The notes under the pieces are model-generated. The model was not told the origin of the DNA. It saw nothing but the letters and a program-made list of their open reading frames with translations, and searched no databases. Below, one piece after another: positions 48,595-57,593 of a DNA stretch of 64,000 nucleotides (position 1 is the first letter of the stretch; each line of letters starts with the position of its first letter). The stretch comes from Bdellovibrionota bacterium (GTDB lineage Bacteria > Bdellovibrionota_C > UBA2361 > CALJRW01): positions 142,612-206,611 of the forward strand of contig JBGSMD010000063.1 in assembly GCA_041740355.1 (NCBI GenBank), read 5' to 3'. The translations under genes were made by a program, and so were the position numbers.

Positions 48595-50142
48595 TTATGT
48601 GTTCTTTCGACGATAGCTAATACTTAACAACAAGATTAACAAAATCTCTGGGATAATCAGTGCCAGTAAAAAAACTTTTTGGTAATCAGATTTTCCGATT
48701 GGCATCATGCTTGTTGATTCTAAAAATCGTGTTGTGATTTCTAAATCTTCTTGCTCTCCAACTAACCAGTTAACTGTTCTGATAAACAGCTCTTTATTAG
48801 CATAAATATCAAGATTTGCATTAACTAACCACTCCAAGTCAGAAAAGACTACTATCCGTTGATCTTTTTGTTTCTCCTCTAGGGAGACTTGTCCTTCATA
48901 AGCCATAGCAAGAGCAACGGGGCCTAAATAATCCTTTTTAGGGTCCAACACAGCTTTTGGTTCTTCTGAGTTCAAAATTTCTAAATCAGTTTCTCCCCAG
49001 GCACTTCCGGAAGTCTTTAACAGTGTTGTAACCTTGCCATTGCTTTGCTCTGTTTCGTTTAAAATCGAGGCAATTAAAAAGACTGCGGCCTTACGTTCTT
49101 TAAGTTGAACTGTTACTGGATGTTCTGCGAAATCATTTACCACAATCTGCCAACCAACTTCTGGTGCATCCTGAAGTACGCGTTGTTGATCAATAGCTAT
49201 GGCATTTTCAATCTTAATTCCATAGGGAGTAGTCAAAGTATTAAAGTCAATTGCATTCTCGGGATCATCTAATAATAACAAGTTGCCACCTTCGGCTAAA
49301 TAATTCTGGATCATTTCCAGTTCATTGGGCAGATAGTCCTTTGTTCCTGAAGCTAGAATAACGGCTCTGGCATCAGCAGGAATTTTCTTACCACTACCAA
49401 GTATTAAACCGTGCAGCTCATAGTTTTGACTTTGCAAGGCTTGCATCATTTCACTAAGTCCGGCTTCGTCTTCTAACTCCGGGCTTGGCTCGCCATGTCC
49501 AAAGGCATAATAAACTTTGCCTTTAGAGCCAATTACTAAACGGTAGATTGATTTACTAATTTCGACTTCAGTGAATGTTTTTGTTTTTCCAACTAGGGCA
49601 TCTTTTCCTTCGCCATATTCAAAGTAAAGAAAACTGGCTTCTTGGGGATTTAGATAAGATCGTAATTGTTTGGCTTTTCGCGGGTCAACAATCTGATATT
49701 TAATTAATGGATTCGCTTTAGCATAAAGTCCGAGTAGCCGATCTGCCTCCTGACGAGTAGTTGGATTAAAGTCATCAATAAAAAACAGTGTTAGTGGCTT
49801 CTTTACTTTTGCTAATAGCTCTTCGGATTCACTCGCTAAGGAATAAACTTTTTGACTGGAGAGGTCCCAAGTATATTTTTGTTTATTAAGTAATAACTGC
49901 CAATAAGAAAGTGCTACAAAGATAGCAATTCCTAAGAATAAATTTCCTAGAATTCGACCAAGCTTAGATTTCTCTTTTTTAAAGTTTGCTAAAACCTTTA
50001 CAGTACCAATCAAGAAGAGCGTTGTCGCTATTCCAAAATGAACCACTACAATTGCTACTGAAAAAGATTCCTTAGCTAGTCCGGTTAGAAAACCAAACAG
50101 GAAAATAACCAATGCTAGTAAAAAATAGTAGTTATGGTTCAT
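48595..50142 (-). CDS. GldG-like ABC transporter auxiliary protein
   Basis: WDLSSQKVYSL, YAFGHGE, YLAEGGNLL, HPVT, IVVFSD, N.ELF...VNWL; C-terminal TM. Confidence 0.85.
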   Translation of the reverse strand: MNHNYYFLLALVIFLFGFLTGLAKESFSVAIVVVHFGIATTLFLIGTVKVLANFKKEKSKLGRILGNLFLGIAIFVALSYWQLLLNKQKYTWDLSSQKVYSLASESEELLAKVKKPLTLFFIDDFNPTTRQEADRLLGLYAKANPLIKYQIVDPRKAKQLRSYLNPQEASFLYFEYGEGKDALVGKTKTFTEVEISKSIYRLVIGSKGKVYYAFGHGEPSPELEDEAGLSEMMQALQSQNYELHGLILGSGKKIPADARAVILASGTKDYLPNELEMIQNYLAEGGNLLLLDDPENAIDFNTLTTPYGIKIENAIAIDQQRVLQDAPEVGWQIVVNDFAEHPVTVQLKERKAAVFLIASILNETEQSNGKVTTLLKTSGSAWGETDLEILNSEEPKAVLDPKKDYLGPVALAMAYEGQVSLEEKQKDQRIVVFSDLEWLVNANLDIYANKELFIRTVNWLVGEQEDLEITTRFLESTSMMPIGKSDYQKVFLLALIIPEILLILLLSISYRRKNT

Positions 50143-50912
50143 CGGGTCTGTCGGTAAAAACTAATTAGTTGTTTGAAGATTATTAAGAAAACAATTATCA
50201 ACAGTAAATGAAAGCTAAGACTTTCTAGGCTTAATTCGCCACGAATTAGAACCTTGGCCTGACTAAGCGGCGACCAAAGATTAATAAAATTAGCTAGATC
50301 AACACTTACTTTCCCAAGTGCTAATTGCAAACTAAAAGCTACACTAATAAAAATGAAACTTAGAAATCCTGCTGTTAAAGGATTATTGCAAACAAAACTT
50401 AAAGCTAAACAGCCGGCCACCAATAAACTACAATTTAAAAGTAGTGCTAAAAATCCTGTAAGCACAATTGGTACTTCGACGTTAGCAAATAACAATAAGC
50501 TAAATGGTAAGAGCCCAGCAACAAATTGCATTGCTAAAACAGGAAGTAATGTCCCTAAGTATTTTCCTTTGGCTAATTGCCAATCGCTTAAGGGGTAATT
50601 CAAAAGTAAATCCCAAGTACCTAGTTTTTTCTCTTCGACAACAGAGCGAATGATAATTAATGGCACCAAGATGATATTAAAAACCATTAGAGTCATGTAA
50701 TAATTTTCCACGACCCACTGATTTAGGTTAATCTTTTCCATTCCCAAATAAGATCCTCCCGAGGCTTTTTGAATCGCTAAGTTAAAATTCCCTAGGTAGT
50801 TTAAGAAAAAATACTCAGCTAGAAGCAGGAAGCCAGTAAAGATGACTGCCGCCTGGGGAGTAAGAAAGAATGTTCGTAAATCTTTTTTGGCGATTTGGAT
50901 TACTTCACACAT
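50139..50912 (-). CDS. ABC-2 type permease (GldF-like)
   Basis: EEKKLGTWDLLLNYP, GKY; about 6 TM helices. Confidence 0.88.
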   Translation of the reverse strand: MCEVIQIAKKDLRTFFLTPQAAVIFTGFLLLAEYFFLNYLGNFNLAIQKASGGSYLGMEKINLNQWVVENYYMTLMVFNIILVPLIIIRSVVEEKKLGTWDLLLNYPLSDWQLAKGKYLGTLLPVLAMQFVAGLLPFSLLLFANVEVPIVLTGFLALLLNCSLLVAGCLALSFVCNNPLTAGFLSFIFISVAFSLQLALGKVSVDLANFINLWSPLSQAKVLIRGELSLESLSFHLLLIIVFLIIFKQLISFYRQTR

Positions 50913-50914
50913 CT

Positions 50915-51616
50915 TTAAATTGTTTGTTGGTAAAGTGTTTCCAGGTCGACTCGCTCGCCATGTTCTTTGGGTAGAACTTGATCAAAGATCTTATGTCCCT
51001 TACTAATTCCAATTACACGCGAACATAACAATTCGACTTCACGTAATTGATGAGAGCTTAGAATGATAATCATTTTGGGAGCTTCTGCTGTTAGCAGATC
51101 AATTAACTCTCTAATTTGCACTGGGTCGAGTCCGGTGTTTGGTTCATCTAAGAGTAATAGTTCCGGACTGCGCATTAAAGCTTGTGCTAGCATTAATCTC
51201 TGCTGATAACCCTTCGATAAATTAGCGCAAAGTTTCTTAGCAACGCTTGCTAACTGAAACTTTTCTATGGCTTGTTCTAATTTTAACTTAGCTTCGGCTT
51301 TAGAGTTCCCTGCTAAGCGAAACATAAAATTTAAATATTCGGAAACATTCAATTCTGGGTAGATGGCTGATTTTTCTGGAACGTAAGCTAACTTTTTACG
51401 AAAACTAAGCGAGTTAGTAATAACGGACTCGCCTTTCCATTTAATTTCTCCAAGTGTTGGAGTTAAAATACCAGCAAGAATTTTTAAAGTGGTGCTTTTC
51501 CCCGAACCGTTAGGGCCTAATAAGCCAATGATTTCCCCTTGCTTGGCTTGCAGGTTTAATCCCTGAAGAGCTTGATAATCAGCATATTGTTTGCAAAGGT
51601 TGTGGATCTCTAACAT
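50915..51616 (-). CDS. ABC transporter ATP-binding protein (GldA-like)
   Basis: GPNGSGKST, LSKGYQQR, LLDEPNTGLDP, SSH. Confidence 0.93.
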   Translation of the reverse strand: MLEIHNLCKQYADYQALQGLNLQAKQGEIIGLLGPNGSGKSTTLKILAGILTPTLGEIKWKGESVITNSLSFRKKLAYVPEKSAIYPELNVSEYLNFMFRLAGNSKAEAKLKLEQAIEKFQLASVAKKLCANLSKGYQQRLMLAQALMRSPELLLLDEPNTGLDPVQIRELIDLLTAEAPKMIIILSSHQLREVELLCSRVIGISKGHKIFDQVLPKEHGERVDLETLYQQTI

Positions 51617-51780
51617 CTGTCCGAGAATATAGACATTCTTCCCTCAGGTAAAGTTTTCCAATTTTTCCGTCTTGGACCCTAAGCTATCAAAAATATTAAG
51701 AATTCTAATAATTTGAATTTTTCCCCTAATAATATCGTTAATTACTGTCAGTTTAAGCAAATTCTTATTTCAAAGTATTA

Positions 51781-52470
51781 ATGATTAGTACAATTATCCC
51801 ATATGAGTCTAAAATAGAATCTGGTGAAAGACTTCCAAGGTTACCTATTTTAAGAACACTTTCTCCTCAGTTAGCACAACTAAAAGATTCTGGTTTTAAT
51901 AACACTGATTTAGAAATAATTAGTACAAAAATTCCCGACCTTAAGTTAAAAGTTTTAGTTTTTTCAGAAGATCATTCGGTTGCTGATATTGTTAAAGATG
52001 CTTTGGAGCTCGCGGCAACTTTCAAGTTACCAGTAGTTTTTAAGTTAAACAGTAAGTTAATTATTGTTGCGGAGGACACTGTCCCTTCCAAATTATTACA
52101 GCAATGTCAAAACTTACGAATATTGCAAACATTAGATTCCATACAATTAGACTCAGAAAATCAGTCTGGTAAAAGTCTATTTGAGTCTCGTAAAAAAGTT
52201 TACTTAGCACTTCCTGTTTTCCTTCAAGACTGGATTGATGAACGTTTCTTAGCAGATGATTTAGGACCAAAGCACGAAGTTGTGCGAGTTGCCCTTGATG
52301 CCCTACGACTCTATTCCAATTTTACTAACACCTCAGAATTAATTGCTTACTGGAATCGAGTCCACGAAGGGAAATTAAATGAAAATGATCCAAAACTTAA
52401 ATCTAGCTGCATACTTCTCGCTGCAAAAGTTGCCATGATTGAGTTAGAAAGTAGTCAGCAAGGCAATTAA
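51781..52470 (+). CDS. Hypothetical protein
   Basis: 229-aa ORF filling the gap between genes; no motif recognised. Confidence 0.6.
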   Translation: MISTIIPYESKIESGERLPRLPILRTLSPQLAQLKDSGFNNTDLEIISTKIPDLKLKVLVFSEDHSVADIVKDALELAATFKLPVVFKLNSKLIIVAEDTVPSKLLQQCQNLRILQTLDSIQLDSENQSGKSLFESRKKVYLALPVFLQDWIDERFLADDLGPKHEVVRVALDALRLYSNFTNTSELIAYWNRVHEGKLNENDPKLKSSCILLAAKVAMIELESSQQGN

Positions 52471-52558
52471 ACTAATTTCCTATCTAAGCAACTGATTTTA
52501 GGTGTCAGGCCCTAAATTTATTGTGACAAATTTGCCAAATCTATTATAAGATTGTTAA

Positions 52559-52577
52559 CCAGAAAATATATTTCTGG
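52559..52577. promoter_or_regulatory. Candidate palindromic operator upstream of the VWA gene
   Basis: CCAGAAA-ATATA-TTTCTGG (7-5-7), about 50 bp before the ATG at 52626. Confidence 0.35.
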
Positions 52578-52625
52578 AAGTCACTCGTCATTTATAACCA
52601 GAATTCATTTATAATTGTAATTATC

Positions 52626-54329
52626 ATGATCAGAATTTTACTAATTTCATTATTACTTCTTACTGCTCCGTTTGTATTTGCCGAAGAAACTTCCCAAACT
52701 GAGAAATCAATTTTAGTACTAGATGTCTCGGGCTCGATGTGGGGAGTGATTGATGGCAAATCAAAAATTGAGATTGCCCGTGATGTTGTCAGCGATTTAC
52801 TTAAAACTTGGCCAGCAAACAAGGAGCTAGGACTTGTAGCTTATGGACACCGAGAGAAAGGCGACTGTGCTGACATTGAAACAGTTATTCCAGCTGGCAA
52901 ATTAGATGCTCAAAGCTTTGATCGAAAAGTTCGTTCCTTAGTTCCAAAAGGTAAAACGCCAATGGTAGCTTCCATTCGCCAAGCAGCAGAAGCACTAAAA
53001 TATTCGGAAGATGTTGCTACAGTTATTTTAGTATCGGATGGTGAAGAAACTTGTGAAGCCGATCCCTGTGCGATTGCCAAAGAACTAGATGCGAAGGGTG
53101 TGAACTTTACTGCCCATGTAATTGGATTTGATTTAAAGAATGCCGGTAAGGTTGCTGAGCAACAAATGAAATGTATTGCCGAATCTACCGGTGGAAAATT
53201 CTTAACTGCGGATAATGCTTCCGAACTTAGTTCTGCCTTAAAACAAGCAGTTGTTGCTCCAGTTGTTGAAAAAGTAATCGTAGAAGAAGTGAAGGCTCCG
53301 ATAAAGTTAGAGAATAACTTACACGCTGTTGCATTTATTACTGCTGGCGATGCCCCAATGAAAGAGGGACTCTCCTGGGCCACTTACACTTTAAATGACA
53401 AGGGAGAAAAACTAGACAACATCCATTACTCTTACGATCCTGAATACAAAACAAATTTACAGCCTGGGAAATATTTAGTTGAAGTAAAATTTGAAACTAC
53501 TGTTGCCTCACAGATTGTAGAAATTACGGAAGATCTTAAAAAAGTAGAATTTGTTTTAGGCACGGGAACATTAAAGTTAAAAGCTTTTGCTTCCGAAGCA
53601 GAGCTACTTAAACAGGATGTTGCCTGGGATCTGAAAAGTTTAGATGGTGAAGTTGCAACATACTCATACGACGCTGAACCAGTTTTTAATGTTAAACCGG
53701 GAAAATACAATGTCACTGTTAAATGGGGAGATGCTGAACATAAACAGGAATTAGAAGTTCAAGCCGGGAAAACCCTAGAACATTCTGCAATTATTGGTGC
53801 TGGACTGTTAACTACCAAAGCATTTGCAACTGATGGTGGCGAGCAATTAAAGGATAAATTAACTTGGAATGTTGAAAAATTAGTGTCGGCTTTAGAGAAC
53901 AAATATGAGCTAGCGTCTTATAGCTACAATGCAGAACCAACCTTTCGCTTACTTGCTGGGAATTACAAGTTAAAAGTTAAATGGGGTGAAGCAGAAGTTA
54001 CTAAAGACGTAACTGTTACTGCTGGTCAAAAGACGGACGTATCACTCACAACAAATGGTGGAGTACTTAAAGCATCGATCAAAGCAGCTGATGGAAGCCT
54101 TGTTACGGATGGACTTAATTGGACAATTTTTAAGAAAGCAAAATCTCTTTCTGGTGAACAAGTAATGATCTCTTACTCCTACGACGGTGAACCGCAATTC
54201 TTATTACCTGCTGGTGATTATGACATTCAAGTTAAAACTGCCTCTGGTTTGATTAAATCAGAAGCTACCGTCACTGCGGGAGAAAGAAAAGAGTTAGTGT
54301 TAGAGATTTCTAAAGCTATTGCTGAATAA
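52626..54329 (+). CDS. Secreted VWA-domain protein with four tandem beta-rich repeats
   Basis: Signal peptide; MIDAS DVSGSM, TP, SDGEETC; four repeats of W...YSY(D/N).E....(P/A)G.Y...VK. Confidence 0.88.
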   Translation: MIRILLISLLLLTAPFVFAEETSQTEKSILVLDVSGSMWGVIDGKSKIEIARDVVSDLLKTWPANKELGLVAYGHREKGDCADIETVIPAGKLDAQSFDRKVRSLVPKGKTPMVASIRQAAEALKYSEDVATVILVSDGEETCEADPCAIAKELDAKGVNFTAHVIGFDLKNAGKVAEQQMKCIAESTGGKFLTADNASELSSALKQAVVAPVVEKVIVEEVKAPIKLENNLHAVAFITAGDAPMKEGLSWATYTLNDKGEKLDNIHYSYDPEYKTNLQPGKYLVEVKFETTVASQIVEITEDLKKVEFVLGTGTLKLKAFASEAELLKQDVAWDLKSLDGEVATYSYDAEPVFNVKPGKYNVTVKWGDAEHKQELEVQAGKTLEHSAIIGAGLLTTKAFATDGGEQLKDKLTWNVEKLVSALENKYELASYSYNAEPTFRLLAGNYKLKVKWGEAEVTKDVTVTAGQKTDVSLTTNGGVLKASIKAADGSLVTDGLNWTIFKKAKSLSGEQVMISYSYDGEPQFLLPAGDYDIQVKTASGLIKSEATVTAGERKELVLEISKAIAE

Positions 54330-54378
54330 TTAGTTATTTAGGCAGTTGAACTTTTTATTATGGCCTTAACTTATACAA

Positions 54379-54420
54379 ATATCCGACTATTCTTACCTTG
54401 AGGTCAGAATAGTCGGATAT
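54379..54420. terminator. 42-bp near-perfect inverted repeat between convergent genes (bidirectional terminator or REP-like element)
   Basis: ATATCCGACTATTCTTACCT-TG-AGGTCAGAATAGTCGGATAT; 19/20 arm match; no adjacent U-tract. Confidence 0.55.
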
Positions 54421-54463
54421 CATAACGCAACCAAACTGACAAAAGCTTTTTACTTTTTAAATT

Positions 54464-54661
54464 TTAAGCTGCCACTCTTTCAATCTTTAATTCTTCAATG
54501 TCAGTCCGATCTTTAGCATGCTCTAAAGTGATACTCACCAACTTTCCATCTTTATCCATATCAAGATAAGTGTTCTCATCTAACTCACGTGTTTCTGAAA
54601 TCTCCCCATCAAAGAAGATTAGCAATAACGTATCAGTATCATCAAAATACTTTATTTTCAT
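54464..54661 (-). CDS. DUF2283-family protein (putative antitoxin)
   Basis: MKIKYFDDTDTLLL...LDMDKDGKLVSITLEHA. Confidence 0.88.
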   Translation of the reverse strand: MKIKYFDDTDTLLLIFFDGEISETRELDENTYLDMDKDGKLVSITLEHAKDRTDIEELKIERVAA

Positions 54662-54897
54662 TGAGTCCTCACTTGTCGATCAAAAAAAGCTTTATGAACG
54701 GTGACTCCATCATCTAGTGTAATAACTCTTAGCCATTTATTACCAGCTTCCTTAACTCGAGCTGGATATTGAACTCTTTAATCTGATTAAAATTCTATCT
54801 GCTCAGGGTTGTTAATGACCTTTGCTATCCATTCTTCCTCTATCATAAGTCGATCAGTTCTAGAACGTGTAGTAATAAAGTACGATGTAGTTTTCAT
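54658..54897 (-). pseudogene. Inactivated DUF4258/RelE-like toxin partner of DUF2283
   Basis: Manual translation: MKTTSYFITTRSRTDRLMIEEEWIAKVINNPEQIEF*SD*RVQYPARVKEAGNKWLRVITLDDGVTVHKAFFDRQVRTQ*. In-frame TAA at 54787-54789 and 54778-54780; ATGA overlap with DUF2283. Confidence 0.8.
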
Positions 54898-54930
54898 AAT
54901 TTGAAAAAACAAGATTGAAAGGTTAATTGG

Positions 54931-57339
54931 TTACTTTCCACTGAATAATAGTGCGCCTTGATATACGGCTTGATTGCGAAAATTCAGTTTTATTTGCTTC
55001 TTACCAAGCAGACTCAGGAGTGGAAGTTCCATACTGGCATAAACATCAAACTTTCTACCATCGAAATTAATATCCATCTTAAAACAATTAGGATCAGTTC
55101 GATTACAATTATTTTTTGCTCCGGCATAAGCAGCTTTTAGTGCTTCATAGCCTTTCTTCTCTGCCAAGGACTCATCCCATTTAAAATCATTATTTCCTTG
55201 TCCCTGAAAACCAACAAGTTTAATTTCGCAATTAATGTCTTCGTCCTGACAAATGCTTGGTATTTGATCTTTCGTAAATGGCCCCATCTTTTCGGGAAGA
55301 TTTAAAGCACCAACTTCGATATTTTTCTGCGGTAAGTATCCGTAGCAGCTTAGTCCTGGCTTTTCATTAACATAGTTATAACGTGCAAGCTCTCGATCGA
55401 CATCCACGAAATCAAATTCTGTTAATTTCAATTTATCTCTAGCTTCGTCCTCAACACTATCTTCCCAATTGCAACCTGTTACCAACTCTGAATGCGCTCC
55501 TATCAACAAAGAGCTACTTAAAGAACGAGCAATGCTAGTACCCGTTGATTTATTAAAATCGTAGCTTTTATTTTTAACTTGAAATGCTGAGCAATTAATT
55601 TTTGAATTATCTAATTTAAATTTGCTAGGCTTAATTCCTTGCGTATCAATTTGCTTGCCAACACTCACAGCTCCCTTCTTCCAAGTTAACTTCTTATAAT
55701 TACGCATTGCCTCTGGAAAATCACCCGCCCTCGGGGTTAAGCTATCACTACAACTTTGTTGTTCATAATTTAGAGTCAAATTAGGAAGCATAAGATCTCT
55801 TTCCAAGTAAACTTGCCTTGTGTTCGGAACCTTTTGTGGATCACCTACGGGGCAGATTTTTTCTGCTTCGGAGAATGAGGTGGTGTTGGGGTCGAGTTTA
55901 GTGCCAAAGTTTGAGGGACAGGGTTTAGTTACTTTAGCCGTTTTAGTACATGAATTATTTAAATTTATATTAATTGTGCATCCCACACACTTAAGAGGTT
56001 GTTCTTCAACTCCCATGCACCCCAAACTTCTTATCTCTGAATAATTTTCAATGTGAGTATTATATAAATAATTTTCGGGAAAAGATTGATTTCTAACTTC
56101 CAAGTACTGACAAGTCTTAATGGAGTTTGCGCCGCTTCCTTGAATTAAGACATTTTTTTGTTCGCAATAATGTTCCTCTCTAACTCTATGCTGTTGTCCA
56201 TAAAACAATTTTAGTTTCTGCCCTTGCCAACCAGTTCTTGTCGCCACTTCGTTAGTCCTCTGCAAATAAAAATCAAGAGTATAAGTTTCCCCAGCCTGTA
56301 AATTAATATTCTGATAAAGTTTAAATTCTTGAAAATTATTGATACTTGATATGTTAGCTAGTGGCGCTCCTCGAGGAACAAAATTAGCTTCGGTAATACT
56401 TTTGGAATCATAGGTAAAAGCTCTTGCTCCTAAATTGAATTCTTTAAAATTTGAAACTTGTCCATTAATCTTAAGACCCTTACCTCTTAAATCTAATTTA
56501 ACCCTTCCCCTCGAACCTTCAGCTTGTGGATCAACCGGAAACTTGCCTGTAATGTAAAGCACAGTTGGAACTTGTTCTAAATTACACTCCTGCTTAAAAT
56601 TACTTTCATGATTTGTTGTAACTAAATCAAGACTACGAGAATTAAAGCATGGGAGTTGAGTAACAGCTGGAACAGTAAAACTAATGCTTCCAATTAATTT
56701 ATTAAATGGGGTTCCATCTTGAGTTAAATTCCGAACGGTACCAATAACATTACTAATATCCAAAGTTTCACGGGGGTAATTTGATGCCAGGCTCTTTCGA
56801 TACAGAAATCTTGGATTTAAAGTTGTTGCTGAGTAAGTTCCTGTATCAACGTATGGCAGAGTGGCAGTCTTTAAGTAATAATCCAAATTAACTTTTAGTC
56901 GCTCTTTCTTTTCAGAGATTAAATATTCAACCTCTTTTCTGTCATAGCTTACCCGATCTAAAACTCTTGCTATTGGATTATCAAATTGATGCTTTGTTCC
57001 AAATAGTCCCTCTGTGTTTACAGAGTATAAATATTCGGGAAGTGGCCAGCGATTCGTAGCTCTTTGAACTTCAACTTCATAAAGTGGAATTGGTGTTTCC
57101 CCAGTATTATCAAGACAATCTGCCTCTAGGGGAGTTAGACAACGCAAGGTTCTTTTTACACTTTCTTGTAATGAGGTTTTTACTCTTAAGACATTAGCAA
57201 CATCTAAAAGTAGGAGTAGCATTGGAAGTCCAATCATCGCAATAACAGCATATTCCAAAACTACAATCCCTTGGCATCTGGATAGTAATCTAAAATTTAC
57301 ACTTATCTTAGGCTTGTTTGTATGACTTTTAGGAAACAT
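54931..57339 (-). CDS. Very large TadE/TadG-like pseudopilin with a Cys-rich extracellular region
   Basis: QG|IVVLEYAVIAMIGLPMLLLLLD pilin-like N-terminus; 802 aa; many Cys. Confidence 0.65.
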   Translation of the reverse strand: MFPKSHTNKPKISVNFRLLSRCQGIVVLEYAVIAMIGLPMLLLLLDVANVLRVKTSLQESVKRTLRCLTPLEADCLDNTGETPIPLYEVEVQRATNRWPLPEYLYSVNTEGLFGTKHQFDNPIARVLDRVSYDRKEVEYLISEKKERLKVNLDYYLKTATLPYVDTGTYSATTLNPRFLYRKSLASNYPRETLDISNVIGTVRNLTQDGTPFNKLIGSISFTVPAVTQLPCFNSRSLDLVTTNHESNFKQECNLEQVPTVLYITGKFPVDPQAEGSRGRVKLDLRGKGLKINGQVSNFKEFNLGARAFTYDSKSITEANFVPRGAPLANISSINNFQEFKLYQNINLQAGETYTLDFYLQRTNEVATRTGWQGQKLKLFYGQQHRVREEHYCEQKNVLIQGSGANSIKTCQYLEVRNQSFPENYLYNTHIENYSEIRSLGCMGVEEQPLKCVGCTININLNNSCTKTAKVTKPCPSNFGTKLDPNTTSFSEAEKICPVGDPQKVPNTRQVYLERDLMLPNLTLNYEQQSCSDSLTPRAGDFPEAMRNYKKLTWKKGAVSVGKQIDTQGIKPSKFKLDNSKINCSAFQVKNKSYDFNKSTGTSIARSLSSSLLIGAHSELVTGCNWEDSVEDEARDKLKLTEFDFVDVDRELARYNYVNEKPGLSCYGYLPQKNIEVGALNLPEKMGPFTKDQIPSICQDEDINCEIKLVGFQGQGNNDFKWDESLAEKKGYEALKAAYAGAKNNCNRTDPNCFKMDINFDGRKFDVYASMELPLLSLLGKKQIKLNFRNQAVYQGALLFSGK

Positions 57340-57593
57340 AATTATTTAATTATCGTTTCATTTGCAGAAAAGTTTCCCTTTATTTTTTTGATATAGTTCT
57401 TGTGAAGCTTATTCTTGTAATAGCAAATAAGAGCGTCTTAATAGCAATCAGAACAAGACGACAGGTAGTGGAAAATGTGTATTATTGAATCACTTACCGA
57501 TATAGTTATGCCGCAGCAAATGCCGCGAAATCAAACCAAATCAGTGGCTAAATAAATTTCGATAAAATGCTTCAAGGTAATCTAATTTTTTTC

